DNA from: Bacteroidales bacterium
GTDB taxonomy: Bacteria > Bacteroidota > Bacteroidia > Bacteroidales > GWF2-38-335
Assembly (NCBI GenBank): GCA_016936815.1
Contig: JAFGXD010000029.1
Coordinates: 482 to 64,481, forward strand
DNA length: 64,000 bases
Direction: 5' to 3'
In this document: positions 7,808 through 18,968 of the stretch, one piece after another
How the letters are laid out: each line of letters starts with the position of its first letter
Numbering within the stretch: the first letter of the stretch is position 1
The notes under the pieces: generated by a model
The model's database searches: none
What the model was told of the DNA's origin: nothing
The model's input: the letters and a program-made list of their open reading frames with translations, nothing else
Program-made: the position numbers and the translations under genes

Positions 7808-10800
7808 TTATTTTATTAATGTAATGGCTCCGGCTCTTTCATGCAAAATAGTATTAACATCTCGGTAAACCACTAACCAGGTGTAAACGTCATTTGGTAC
7901 TGTCTTTCCAAATCTGTTTTTTCCATCCCAGCCAATTTCAATACTATTGCTTTCGAAAATCTTTTCACCCCAACGATCATAAATTATCATCAAAAAATCG
8001 TTTTTAGAAATACCGGTTCCTACTACAAAAAAACGGTCATTTATTCCATCATTGTTAGGGGTGAAAGCTGTTGGTGCATAAAATGAACTTATATCGTCAA
8101 CCATAACCAAAGTACTTGTACTGTCTTTACAACCGTGCTGCGAAATTGTAATTAACTGAACTTCATAAGAACCAGGAAATGAATATGTATGCAAGGGACT
8201 TTCGCTCTCAGAACTGTTCCCGTCGCCAAATTGCCAAAAATTTAAATCGTTATTAATGGATGTGTTTTGAAAAAATATTTGCGGATTAAGCATTGTTGCA
8301 ACTCCCGGCTGTGAAATAAACTCTGCAACGGGTAAAGGGTAAACTTCAATATAATTAGAAATCTCAAATATACTGCTGCAACCATAGTCATCTGTAATTG
8401 TAAGAGAAACATCATATACCCCCGGGTAATTATATACGTGAATCGGATTGGCAATCCAATCGGTATCAAAACTGCCGGGGTCACCAAAATTCCATAACAA
8501 ATCAACATTTTCATTTCCCGGTAATGCAGTAAAATTTACTTCTAATGGTTCACATCCTTTTGTAATATCTGCCATAAACGAGCACGTGGGATTACCCAGT
8601 ACAAGAATATTTTCACTATCGTAAACAATGGGTGTATTACAATTGTCTTCAATAGATAATACTATTTCTAAAGACTCATTGGGTGTAAATTCGTAAGGAA
8701 AATTAATTAATTCATTGTTATAATAAATTGAATATGGCCCGCCATTACCTCCACCAAATGAAGCGTTTAATGTAACAGATTCCCCAAAACATATTGTATC
8801 ATCGGAAACTAAAATATCAATGTATAATGAATCGTAAAGATTTACATAAATTCCGGCAGGGCTAGCAGTGCATCCGTTGCTATCTGTAATACTTACTGTA
8901 TAGTAATCTGAATTTGCAGGTGAAATGATTATTGGATTTCCGCTTGGCCCAAAATTCCATTGGTAATAATATGGATATGTTCCTCCTGTTCCCGATGCTG
9001 TTAATGCAATTGTGTCTCCAATACAAGCATTTACGGCCTGAGGAAGATTTAAAAACAGTTGGTTTGGCTGGTTTACAACAAAACTTTCGGTGGTTGTGCA
9101 AGAATTCGCATCAGTTATTGTTACTGTGTATGAACCTGCGTTTAAACCATTCATATCCTGGTACTGCAAACCATTCGACCACAAATATGAATAAACCGGC
9201 ATTCCTCCTGTTACTTCAATATCAATAGAACCTGTTGAATCTGCATAACAAGTTAAGCTCGTAACAGTTGAGCTAATTATCATTTGGGTTGAATTGTCGG
9301 ATATTACGGCTGTTCCTTCATTTGTACATCCATTTGCGTCGCTTACACTTACTGAATATGCACCTGAAGGAAGATTTTCTATTGTTGAGGAATTTCCGGT
9401 TTCAACATAATCGTTAGACCAAGTGTAAGTAAATGGCGAAACACCCCCGCTTATAACCTCTGCTGTAATGCTTCCGTTTTCAGAGCCAAAACATGAAACA
9501 TCCAATGCCTCAACCTGTAGAATTATTTCTTCAGGCTCAAATATTTCGGTTTGAATATCAATCTCACAGCCATTAGCATCAATTATAGTTACTGAATAAG
9601 AATTTGCCGTTAATCCTGTTACTTCAGAACTATTTATTGAAATTCCTTGCCAAGTGTAATCGTAATCCGGACTTCCACCTGTAACAGAAACCGAAATGCT
9701 GCCATCGTTCATTGCAAAGCAAGAAACATCATTTGTGGCAAAATTAGCTTGCAATACCGGAGGCTCATGCACAGTTATTTCAAAAACCGACATACACATT
9801 AAATTATTATAAACGCTTACCGAATAATTGCCTGCTGAAAGATTTGTTAAACTTGATGTTGTTGAATTATCATCCCATAAATATGTATATGGAATTAGAC
9901 TTCCTGAAGGGGTTAATACAATTGCTCCATTGGATTCTCCATGGCAAAGCACGGAATCTATACTGATATTTACTTCGGGAACACTTGCAACAAAAACGGT
10001 AAAACTTGTATCCGATAAACAACCATCGTTATCAATCTGTAAATTCACATTATGCGCTCCGGTAGCATTCCATACTATTTCTCCCGGGTTTATTAGGTTT
10101 GAATTTGAAGGTTCACCATCAGAAAAAGTCCATGATAAGTTTACTCCTGTTGTACTTGATGAACCGATATAAGTAAAAATTACTCCTTCTCCCAGACATA
10201 CAGAATCGTTTGAAACAGAAAATTCAGGAGCAAAGGGATTTGTAATGGAAATAGTTGTGGATAATACTTCCTGAATACCACAAACTCCTGTAACGGTAAC
10301 TTCATAAGTAGTTGTTACCAAAGGTGAAACCGAAATACTTGATGTAGTATCGCTTGTACTCCATTCAAAACTCAGAACATCTTCGGGAATTTCAGGATTC
10401 ACACTAACTTCAATTGTTAATGATTCTCCTTCACAAACACTCTGTGGTGGAGTAATATCTCCAACAATTGCTTCATTATCTAAAAATGTTAAAGTAAATG
10501 AGCTAGATACTCCTGTACCGCACATACAAGAAACATTTGAGCCTAAAATTAATTCTTCCGAAGTCTCGCTAATTCCATCGTATATCACTGAATACCATAT
10601 TGTATCTGTTGCTTGGTAAGGTAATAAAACAATTGAATCCGGAAAACCTGACAAATCTGTTGAAACATCTAAACTTCCGCTATTAGTAAGATATACAACC
10701 AGTGTATCTCCAAAGTTTTCTGAGGTATCTCTGAAATAAACTAAATAATTATCGCATCCTTCAAAAGATGTATTGGTTTCATTACCTTGCGAATCATAAT

Positions 10801-12640
10801 TAACCAATTGAAGTGCTTCGGCCTCAAATGGATTTCCTTCAATTAGCAAATATGAAGGCTGATAGTCACAGGTCATATCTGCTATTACGAGTTTCACATG
10901 ATATGTTTGACAGGGTTCAAGTCCAGTCGCAATTGCTTTCATAGGAACTGTCCAACCCTCGGCGTTAATATTTGGCACATTAGTTCCGCCCCACCACATA
11001 TTAGGAACAAAGTAATTAGCAATATCCGGATATGTACCTAAAAGCAAGTTATCAGGTCTGTCGTTAATCGTAGTAACTGCAATTGGAACTTCAATAGGTA
11101 AATCAGGAACAACGGCTATATTTATTGCATTGTCGGTATATGGACCCGATATGCCAGGTCCGCTTAGGAACATTGCACACATATCGCTGTATGGGCTTTG
11201 GTCGTAAATTCCCCAAAACACCATATTCTCGTACCCGGTATTGGCAAACACATATTTTAGTTCAAAAGTATCCGAATTAGGCACGAAATCAAACTCTAAG
11301 ATAGCTACATCTACTACTTGAGTTATTCCCCATGAGGGGTTTATCGGAGCTGTCAATGACCAAACATAATTACCCATTTGAACCAAATCTTGTTCAATTG
11401 GTGTTCCGGTGTAATTAAGCCCAAACCAGTCATTAGCAACAGGATGTCCGGAAAAATCTTCTACTCCCAGAGTAGATAATATAACACCGGAGCTTAGTCC
11501 AAAAACATCACCATGTTCAAAATACCCTACAGCCGCAGGGTTACCGGTAAATTCCACATTCGAAACTTCAACACAACCCGGAAACAAAACATCTTGTGCC
11601 AATTCCTCAGGTGAATATAGATTTTCACTATTCTGAATTTCAATAATCTGTTCAGGAATATATGCACAAAGACCAAAATCGCCATGTGGTGTCATACTAT
11701 TTAGCCACCAGAAACGCACATAAACCAATTGCCCTGCTAATTCTTGTATTTCAAAAATATGAACGTAAGGCATAATATTAGAGCCTATTTCACAACCTAC
11801 TTCATCGGCCAGTGTAATATTATTGCAATCATCTGCTGCATAAACTGTAAGTCCGCAATTCGAATTCACTTCTATGGGCAATCCTTCAATAATAAAATAT
11901 CCATCATCCGGAACTACTACTGTAAACCACATATCTCCCAAAAAATCAATCCAAGGGTAAGGAGTATGACAGCTTGGATTATCTACGCCGGACCAGGTTG
12001 CAGCTTCCATATTAAATACTTGTTGAACACAATTTGTGTTTACATCCAGATGAATAGCATCGCATGGATTATCATTAAAAGGTTCCGGGGGTGTTTCATA
12101 AGCACAAATAGAAAATTCTCCCGATTGAAAACCTCCATACATTGGGTCGTCTTCGTACCAAACTCTAACCCAAACTGTTTGTCCGGCAAGCCCATCGGAT
12201 GCAAATACTTCAGTGGCAGGAAATGCATCACCTGTTGACCACCATGTTCCATTTTCACATCTTAATTCAGTAAGGGTGTTACAATTCGGACCTGTATAAA
12301 TTGCCAAACTTGTATATTCCAATCCTCCGGCATCTCCTGTATCGAAAGTAATAACTCCCGAAGCCGGAACAGTAGCGGTAAACCAAACATCTCCTCCCGA
12401 ATAATTTCCACACGTTGGATTTGGAACTGATGAATTGGTAGCATCTACAGTTGTAAAAATCTGAAAGTTACAAGCAGATGTAATAGGATTAAGACTTGTT
12501 GCACCACAGGGCGAATCGTTTACAGGAGCAGGAGGTGGCAACAGCTTGGCACCGGCGAATCCGCCAAAAACTGTACTGCTAATAAGCAATACTAAGCTAA
12601 TTATTAACAATCGGGACATCATGGCTTTTTTTTTAATCAT
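7808..12640 (-). CDS. Large surface protein: choice-of-anchor L-like region, SprB repeats, PKD domains, T9SS type B CTD
   Basis: GVILST...LEFDFVP...YHVKLVIAD region, C..DG.I.....GG..PY.Y.W repeats, WNFGD/WQFGD PKD motifs, and PTAFTPNNDGIND...IYDRWGE CTD. Confidence 0.88.
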   Translation of the reverse strand: MIKKKAMMSRLLIISLVLLISSTVFGGFAGAKLLPPPAPVNDSPCGATSLNPITSACNFQIFTTVDATNSSVPNPTCGNYSGGDVWFTATVPASGVITFDTGDAGGLEYTSLAIYTGPNCNTLTELRCENGTWWSTGDAFPATEVFASDGLAGQTVWVRVWYEDDPMYGGFQSGEFSICAYETPPEPFNDNPCDAIHLDVNTNCVQQVFNMEAATWSGVDNPSCHTPYPWIDFLGDMWFTVVVPDDGYFIIEGLPIEVNSNCGLTVYAADDCNNITLADEVGCEIGSNIMPYVHIFEIQELAGQLVYVRFWWLNSMTPHGDFGLCAYIPEQIIEIQNSENLYSPEELAQDVLFPGCVEVSNVEFTGNPAAVGYFEHGDVFGLSSGVILSTLGVEDFSGHPVANDWFGLNYTGTPIEQDLVQMGNYVWSLTAPINPSWGITQVVDVAILEFDFVPNSDTFELKYVFANTGYENMVFWGIYDQSPYSDMCAMFLSGPGISGPYTDNAINIAVVPDLPIEVPIAVTTINDRPDNLLLGTYPDIANYFVPNMWWGGTNVPNINAEGWTVPMKAIATGLEPCQTYHVKLVIADMTCDYQPSYLLIEGNPFEAEALQLVNYDSQGNETNTSFEGCDNYLVYFRDTSENFGDTLVVYLTNSGSLDVSTDLSGFPDSIVLLPYQATDTIWYSVIYDGISETSEELILGSNVSCMCGTGVSSSFTLTFLDNEAIVGDITPPQSVCEGESLTIEVSVNPEIPEDVLSFEWSTSDTTSSISVSPLVTTTYEVTVTGVCGIQEVLSTTISITNPFAPEFSVSNDSVCLGEGVIFTYIGSSSTTGVNLSWTFSDGEPSNSNLINPGEIVWNATGAHNVNLQIDNDGCLSDTSFTVFVASVPEVNISIDSVLCHGESNGAIVLTPSGSLIPYTYLWDDNSTTSSLTNLSAGNYSVSVYNNLMCMSVFEITVHEPPVLQANFATNDVSCFAMNDGSISVSVTGGSPDYDYTWQGISINSSEVTGLTANSYSVTIIDANGCEIDIQTEIFEPEEIILQVEALDVSCFGSENGSITAEVISGGVSPFTYTWSNDYVETGNSSTIENLPSGAYSVSVSDANGCTNEGTAVISDNSTQMIISSTVTSLTCYADSTGSIDIEVTGGMPVYSYLWSNGLQYQDMNGLNAGSYTVTITDANSCTTTESFVVNQPNQLFLNLPQAVNACIGDTIALTASGTGGTYPYYYQWNFGPSGNPIIISPANSDYYTVSITDSNGCTASPAGIYVNLYDSLYIDILVSDDTICFGESVTLNASFGGGNGGPYSIYYNNELINFPYEFTPNESLEIVLSIEDNCNTPIVYDSENILVLGNPTCSFMADITKGCEPLEVNFTALPGNENVDLLWNFGDPGSFDTDWIANPIHVYNYPGVYDVSLTITDDYGCSSIFEISNYIEVYPLPVAEFISQPGVATMLNPQIFFQNTSINNDLNFWQFGDGNSSESESPLHTYSFPGSYEVQLITISQHGCKDSTSTLVMVDDISSFYAPTAFTPNNDGINDRFFVVGTGISKNDFLMIIYDRWGEKIFESNSIEIGWDGKNRFGKTVPNDVYTWLVVYRDVNTILHERAGAITLIK

Positions 12641-12672
12641 TATTTATTTTTTTGCAGGCTTTATGCTACTTT

Positions 12673-13050
12673 TTAGACAAATACCCCTACCAGATTTTCA
12701 ATTTTTCTCAAAAGGTCTTTTTCCATAAATGGTTTGCAAATACAATCATCTGCTCCGGCTGTAATTATCTCTTTTACTAAGTCACCATGAGCAATTGAAG
12801 AAACCACCATAATTGGAATTCCCCCCAAAAACTTACTTTTCCTTATAATTTGGATTGCTTCTAAACCATCTAATTCAGGCATTTCAAGATCCGTTATAAT
12901 AAGGTCATATTCTTCTCGAAGCAATTCCTTAATCATTTCAAAACCGTTATATACATTCTTTAATGAATACAAATCTTTATCTAAGATTGAATCCATAAAA
13001 AAATGACATAATTCATCGTCATCAGCGTATATTACTTTCGTTTTTCTCAT
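12673..13050 (-). CDS. Single-domain response regulator (CheY-like receiver)
   Basis: ADDD acidic pocket, DLEMPELDG phosphoacceptor region, and KPF. Confidence 0.9.
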   Translation of the reverse strand: MRKTKVIYADDDELCHFFMDSILDKDLYSLKNVYNGFEMIKELLREEYDLIITDLEMPELDGLEAIQIIRKSKFLGGIPIMVVSSIAHGDLVKEIITAGADDCICKPFMEKDLLRKIENLVGVFV

Positions 13051-16000
13051 TATTTCGTTTTTAAAATTTGTTTGTTTATTATGCTTCCTTCAAATTGAAT
13101 AGATAAAAGATACAATCCATTTGGGTAATTACTCAAATCAATTCCTTTCACTAAACTATTATTAATTAATTTTGAAAAACTGAAAATGCATTTGCCTTGC
13201 ACATCATAAATTTTTAGCATTATTGAACCTTTTTTCCCGGATTCAAATTCAATATTTATTAACCCACTGGTAGGATTAGGATAAACATTGGCATTAATAC
13301 CCCTTTCAATTTCAGAAGAAAAAGTACAAGGATCGAATGTTACTGTAATTGAATCTGTTGAATAACAAGTATTTTGACCAACACTTACAAAAAATGTGAA
13401 AGTTCCGTAACCAAATCCTGTTGTATCGGCATTAATTGTTTGAGTTGAAGACCCGTTATTCCATAAATATGAGTCGAATCCTAATCCTGCATCCAGATTA
13501 ATGCTTGTTCCACAAACGGTTGTGTCGTTTCCCAAATATATTTCCGGAAGAGGATAGAAAATTACTTCAACTTCATCTACTCCCTCACATCCATTAGCAT
13601 CTGTTACACTAACCTGATAAGTTCCGCTGGTATTAACACTTATTATTTGCGATGTTTCACTATTCGACCAAGAATAAGTTGCAAATCCGCTTCCGGCATC
13701 AAAATCAGCACTTTCTCCTTCACATATTTCAATATCGCTGCCCAAATCTACTGTTGGTATTGCTAAAGTTGAAACAGTTATTTCGTTTGTAAATGCTGAA
13801 CAAGAAACATTAGTTATTTTGGCGGTATAAATTCCGGATTGACTTGCTGCAAAACTATATCCGTTAGCTCCTGATATTTCAGAGCCATCTAAAAACCAAT
13901 CTATTGTATATCCTGCAGAAGCATTAACTGTTAATTCAACATTATTTCCCTCACAAATACTTGTACTTCCGGAAGCTGAAATTGTATTTCCATCGGGTGC
14001 AGAGCTGTATGTTACAATTAAATGTTCAGAACTGCCATCACAACCGTTTTCGTTAACCACAACCCAGTATTCGCCTGAGCTATCAATCATTAGCATATTT
14101 GAATTTGCTCCATCTATTACTACACCATCTTTGTACCATATATAATATGGATGACCTGATTCTGCCATAAAATGAACCGGACCTGAACCATCGCATCTAT
14201 CAAGAGCTCCAAAAACATTTACTGCAGGATTGGGACATTCATCGGGCATATTTATCAATATAGAATAGGCTCCTTCAATGCCGGTTTCTCCATCTGTTAC
14301 AAAAAAGTATTCTGCTCCTGCATTAACTGTTAGATTGAAACTAATTAGAGTATCTGCCGGATTCCAAATAGTTTGTAAATCCAAACAAGAGTTTTCATTG
14401 CATGATGAAAATACCATAAGATTAATATCCCCAATTATTTTTTCAGAAAACTCAATAGTTGCTACTCCTGAATAAGTTGCAGTTATCTTATGTATTACTT
14501 CTTTTGCACTTAGAGAACCCCAAGCACAAGAATATGAAGCAATATTTGGACTTCCGTTTGTTTGTGTATTTCCAAAATATCTTACTCCTGAAACCAATTC
14601 AACAGCAGAAGAGCAATTTATTGAACCTGTTGCAGGAACCTCGGCATTTACCAAATAATTGTTTAAAGTCTCATCCGATTCAACCACATCATTTTCGGCA
14701 TCGGCAACAAATATAATATTGTAAGAGCCGGGAGTTAATCCATTTGGCATACTTACAATTTTTGTTACTAAACTTGTTTCTCCTATAGCTAACGCTGAAA
14801 CAGAAGACTCATCAATGAAAATATCCGATCCGTCAAGAAAATTGTCTGTAGACAGGTAATATTTTACTTTACTTGCAGAAGCATTGGCATTTCCAATATT
14901 TTCGACAGTGCAATTCATAGAAACTCCGGATTGCAAGGATTCTACATAATATGGGTTTATGCTTGCTGAGCTAATTACCAAATCGGCATCACCGGTAGGA
15001 CAATTAAATGTAATGGAATATGCACCCTCATCATTATAAAGTCCATCAACAACCACATAGTAAGTTCCGGGCTGTGAATTATATGATAATGAATTGTTTC
15101 CATAAGCTTTAAGGCTATCAATACTGCAGTCGCTTAACAGAAAAACAGCCAAATCAGCCGAAGATGATAAAGAAATTGTAATATTTCCGGGGGTTAATGT
15201 TGTAATTGAATGAACAACCTCAGACCCTGTTGCATTATAGGCGCTACCTGTATATTTATTTACAATTGAAGGTGCACCAACCGTTGTACCATTATAATTT
15301 ATTCCACATGTTAGTGGCACGGCTGAAGAACAATCAAGTCCCGGAAAAGAGGAAGAAGGTTCAATACCAATAATTGCAGCTTGATTGTCTGTGAAATTTG
15401 CAGTACTGGGATTTAGAGCATTCAAATAAAAATAGCCATTATAATAACCACTCCATCCCCAATTAACATGAAAATAATCTATTCCCTGATAACCATCTAA
15501 AACAAAAGCATGTTTGCCGCTAGAAACAGATTGACCTGAATAAAGCAATGGTCTTCCGGCATCAAGTTCTTTTATCATCAATTTTCTCCAATTTTCTTCT
15601 GTATAATTAGCTTTTACATTCCACAAAGAATTATATGAGTATTTGAAATTGTCAACCAAAGCGCTTCTGGCAGTATTAGTGCTAAAAATTCCGGAACCTG
15701 TTGGGCCGTAAACCATCCAAACAGAAACACCAATATGAAATAATAGTTGTTGAACATCGGCATTGTACATTCCATGAGGACTTGGCATAGAGCTCCAATT
15801 GTAGGTTGTGGCTCCAAAATCTGCCGACAAAGTACCATAAGAAGAGCTATATGAATTTGAACCTTGTCCTGTTGTTGGATAGGAGTGATATTTCATAATT
15901 TGTCCCATTGCTGTGGCAACGCAACCGGCATAAGTATATCCGCATGCGCCGGCAGCATCGGCAGGGCAATATTGGTTATAGCCACAACCCTGATCCCAAG

Positions 16001-16490
16001 TTGTAGTTAATAAAGGCGCAACATCTTTTGCTGCCCCTGATTTAATTTCACTATTACTAGTATATTTTTCCCATAATTTGCCTATTTCGGCTGTTTTAGG
16101 GTAATTATTAATCCTTATTTCTCTAATTTGATTATTAATATCATCCAGCCATTCATTTAAGGCGTTTGGAATTTCAGTATTTAAGTCGAAATTACTCTCG
16201 AAAGAATATCCAAGCACAGGAATTGTTCTATCTTCTGCTGAAACAATTACAAAACCGGTTTGGTTAGCAAAGGCATAGATTCTTTGACTTGGAAGGCCGT
16301 TAGAATAATAAGTAGAAACAAGTTGTAAATCATCAATTTCTGAAGAAACGATACTATTGTTTTTGCTTATTGTTTTTAGAAATTTTATAGCAACAGTCTT
16401 AGAAGTAATTGTATCTACCAGTTTTGCCTTTGCAGATAAACTTAAAAATATTAAGAATAAAATAACTAAAGGAAAAGATTGTGTTTTCAT
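13050..16490 (-). CDS. C10 family cysteine peptidase (streptopain-like) with propeptide, CARDB/Ig domains and T9SS type A CTD
   Basis: WDQ, AGCVATAMGQIM (catalytic Cys), HAFVLDGY (catalytic His), HVNWGWSG and VYPNP CTD. Confidence 0.92.
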   Translation of the reverse strand: MKTQSFPLVILFLIFLSLSAKAKLVDTITSKTVAIKFLKTISKNNSIVSSEIDDLQLVSTYYSNGLPSQRIYAFANQTGFVIVSAEDRTIPVLGYSFESNFDLNTEIPNALNEWLDDINNQIREIRINNYPKTAEIGKLWEKYTSNSEIKSGAAKDVAPLLTTTWDQGCGYNQYCPADAAGACGYTYAGCVATAMGQIMKYHSYPTTGQGSNSYSSSYGTLSADFGATTYNWSSMPSPHGMYNADVQQLLFHIGVSVWMVYGPTGSGIFSTNTARSALVDNFKYSYNSLWNVKANYTEENWRKLMIKELDAGRPLLYSGQSVSSGKHAFVLDGYQGIDYFHVNWGWSGYYNGYFYLNALNPSTANFTDNQAAIIGIEPSSSFPGLDCSSAVPLTCGINYNGTTVGAPSIVNKYTGSAYNATGSEVVHSITTLTPGNITISLSSSADLAVFLLSDCSIDSLKAYGNNSLSYNSQPGTYYVVVDGLYNDEGAYSITFNCPTGDADLVISSASINPYYVESLQSGVSMNCTVENIGNANASASKVKYYLSTDNFLDGSDIFIDESSVSALAIGETSLVTKIVSMPNGLTPGSYNIIFVADAENDVVESDETLNNYLVNAEVPATGSINCSSAVELVSGVRYFGNTQTNGSPNIASYSCAWGSLSAKEVIHKITATYSGVATIEFSEKIIGDINLMVFSSCNENSCLDLQTIWNPADTLISFNLTVNAGAEYFFVTDGETGIEGAYSILINMPDECPNPAVNVFGALDRCDGSGPVHFMAESGHPYYIWYKDGVVIDGANSNMLMIDSSGEYWVVVNENGCDGSSEHLIVTYSSAPDGNTISASGSTSICEGNNVELTVNASAGYTIDWFLDGSEISGANGYSFAASQSGIYTAKITNVSCSAFTNEITVSTLAIPTVDLGSDIEICEGESADFDAGSGFATYSWSNSETSQIISVNTSGTYQVSVTDANGCEGVDEVEVIFYPLPEIYLGNDTTVCGTSINLDAGLGFDSYLWNNGSSTQTINADTTGFGYGTFTFFVSVGQNTCYSTDSITVTFDPCTFSSEIERGINANVYPNPTSGLINIEFESGKKGSIMLKIYDVQGKCIFSFSKLINNSLVKGIDLSNYPNGLYLLSIQFEGSIINKQILKTK

Positions 16491-16642
16491 AAAAAGTAGT
16501 TTATTAGTTGTTGCAAAATCAAAACTACCTCATATTAATACCTAAATATTCATCTTAATGAGTGAATCATATTAAAATCATCCGGGGTGGTGAATTGAGA
16601 AAATAAACTCAAAAAACTAAAATTCAATGACTTATCAGAAAG

Positions 16643-18226
16643 CTATCTGGAAAGTTTCATTATTTCAATAACCAAAGCTATTTTTTGGTTGTCTACCTTT
16701 TCAATTTCAAATAGACTATACATTTTTCTTAAAGAAGAGCGAACGCCATCAACACTTAGAAAGATTTCGTTTGCTATTAGCTTGTTTGTTAGAAGAGGAT
16801 TTTTGTAAAGAATGTTTATTATTTTCCAATCGGTTTCGTTTAGTTTGCAATTAGTTGCATTGTCTATTTTGTTTCGGTCTATTTTTCCATCTTTCAAATC
16901 GTCAACAGATTTATTAATAATGGTTTCTGTCTTAACTATTTTCAATTCATTCAAAAGTTTTTTCTTTTCCACATCCTTACGTCTTTTGTAATTTCTGTGG
17001 TTTAATAGAATTAAGATGATAAAAACAACACCTGAAATAATTATAATGATAAGAATATTTTGTTGATAATTACTTATTTCCAGTTCCTGTTTCAAAATAA
17101 GGTTTTCTTTCTCCTTTTTTTCAAAATTATATTTAGCTTGCATTTCAACCAAAGCTTTATTTTTTTCAATAGCAAATATTGTTTCTCCAACTTCAATATT
17201 TTTTGTTGCAAACTCTATGGCTAAATTAAAATATGTTGACGATAATTTATAATCTTTTTCGGAAGAATATGTGTTTCCAAGCTTTTGATAGGCCTCCATT
17301 AACGTAGATGTAGAATTCAATACGGATTCCAATGAGTTTATCTCTAAAGATAAGTCATACCCAATCTTTCCATAAGCAATAGCCTCCAAATACGATTTAA
17401 TTTTCACTTCAACATTATCTTCTATTGAATCGGCATTAGTTATGAAGAGGTCTGCAATATTAATGCAAACCAATGCTATTCCATATTTATTATCTGATTT
17501 TGTTTCAATTTCGAGAGATTTTTGAAAATAGCTAATAGCTGTATCGTATTTATACTGCTGTTTGTAAATTAATGCAATATTGTTATAACAAGCCGATTGT
17601 CCGTATGAGTTTTTAATCTCTTCATTAATTGTAAGAGCCTTACTAAAATATTTCAAAGCTTCGTCGTAATTTTTTTGAAGGAAATAAACATTGCCCATAT
17701 TGTTGTAACAATCGGATAGCCCGGTTTTAATATCTAATTCCTTGTTAATTTCCAATGAAAGTAAAAAATAATCCAAAGCTGTATTATATTCCTCTCTAGA
17801 CAAATAAATTGCGCCAATATTTGAATACGAATAAGCAGCACCCTTTTTACCTTCCACAGAACTTTTCATATCTTCTGATTTTGAAAGTTCCTCATAAATT
17901 TTAAGAGCGTCAATTGCATATTTAAGGGAAAGTTCATGATTTCCCATGTAATAGTATATAATACCAAGATTTGTATTACTAATTGCAATAATTTCTCTAT
18001 TAGTTTTGCTGTTTCCGGTTGTCTTAGAAATTACTTCGGAAAAGAATTCTATCCCTTCATAAAAACTGCTTCTGTTTCTTAATTCCACGCCAATTTCCTT
18101 AATAGTACGAATTTTTGTTGTTGCTTCATTACTTGTATTATACAAAGACTTCAACGAATCCAAATAATTATTTGCACTAATATTTAGAATTAAAAAACTT
18201 AAAACTATTGTAATCAGATATTTCAT
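16643..18226 (-). CDS. TPR-repeat transmembrane protein with C-terminal LuxR-like HTH (putative one-component regulator)
   Basis: Signal peptide, several YNNxGxxY-type TPRs, one TM segment, and LNETDWKII...TNKLIANEIFLSVDGVRSSLRKMY HTH. Confidence 0.8.
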   Translation of the reverse strand: MKYLITIVLSFLILNISANNYLDSLKSLYNTSNEATTKIRTIKEIGVELRNRSSFYEGIEFFSEVISKTTGNSKTNREIIAISNTNLGIIYYYMGNHELSLKYAIDALKIYEELSKSEDMKSSVEGKKGAAYSYSNIGAIYLSREEYNTALDYFLLSLEINKELDIKTGLSDCYNNMGNVYFLQKNYDEALKYFSKALTINEEIKNSYGQSACYNNIALIYKQQYKYDTAISYFQKSLEIETKSDNKYGIALVCINIADLFITNADSIEDNVEVKIKSYLEAIAYGKIGYDLSLEINSLESVLNSTSTLMEAYQKLGNTYSSEKDYKLSSTYFNLAIEFATKNIEVGETIFAIEKNKALVEMQAKYNFEKKEKENLILKQELEISNYQQNILIIIIISGVVFIILILLNHRNYKRRKDVEKKKLLNELKIVKTETIINKSVDDLKDGKIDRNKIDNATNCKLNETDWKIINILYKNPLLTNKLIANEIFLSVDGVRSSLRKMYSLFEIEKVDNQKIALVIEIMKLSR

Positions 18227-18237
18227 ATTAATGTTTA

Positions 18238-18903
18238 TTACTCCACCTTCTTTTCCTTCTCAATTATTTCTTCTAAAACTTTTTGTTGGGTTTCAATTTC
18301 TTTGGTTTTATCCTGTTGATTGCCTTCGTTTGTTTTAATATCTGACTTGGCTTTTTCAATATCTTTTTCCCATCCTTCAATGTTTTTGTGAAGAGTTTCA
18401 TTTTCCTTAACCAGTTTTTCTTTATCAGACTCAAGTTTTTTCATTACTTTTTCTGCCTCTTTTAGTTTTTCTGCAATTGCATCTTTAGTGGCGCTTACAC
18501 CAAATTCACGAACTATTTTTTTGGCTGCCTTATATTTGTCTGGGTGAGAGGATGATGATAAATATGCGCCTCCTAAATCAAAACCCACATAAACAGTTAC
18601 ATCTCCATCTTTGTTAACTTCAAAAGCGGCATAAACATCTACTGTATTAGGTGAAACATCTTTAATTTCACAATCGTCGGCAAAAATTTCTTTTTTGGAG
18701 CTAACTTTTCCTTTATAGTTTTTAATAAACTTCTTCCATGCTTTTTCAACATCGTCTTTGTTGCTTTCGTAAACTGTTACAGTTAAGGCATTTTCCCTTC
18801 CTGCAGAAAAGCTGTAAGAATTTTCTTCAACCTCAATTTTCTTTTGAGAAAAGCAGTTGAAAGAAAGAAATAAAACTACGCCAATAATAAAAACTGTTCT
18901 CAT
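18238..18903 (-). CDS. Hypothetical exported protein with C-terminal coiled coil
   Basis: Signal peptide and a K/E-rich heptad-like C-terminal third. Confidence 0.75.
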   Translation of the reverse strand: MRTVFIIGVVLFLSFNCFSQKKIEVEENSYSFSAGRENALTVTVYESNKDDVEKAWKKFIKNYKGKVSSKKEIFADDCEIKDVSPNTVDVYAAFEVNKDGDVTVYVGFDLGGAYLSSSSHPDKYKAAKKIVREFGVSATKDAIAEKLKEAEKVMKKLESDKEKLVKENETLHKNIEGWEKDIEKAKSDIKTNEGNQQDKTKEIETQQKVLEEIIEKEKKVE

Positions 18904-18968
18904 AATTTTCTAATTAAAATTTTAAATAAATGTGCATAAAAGTAGGCAAACTGATGTTGTTTTCAAAA

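Noticed and set aside
9828-12258. Antisense and alternate-frame ORFs inside large genes (9828-10172, 11744-12238 and similar ones across the window)
   Set aside because: Shadow ORFs expected from the codon bias of long Thr/Ser/Gly-rich genes; they have no protein-like features.
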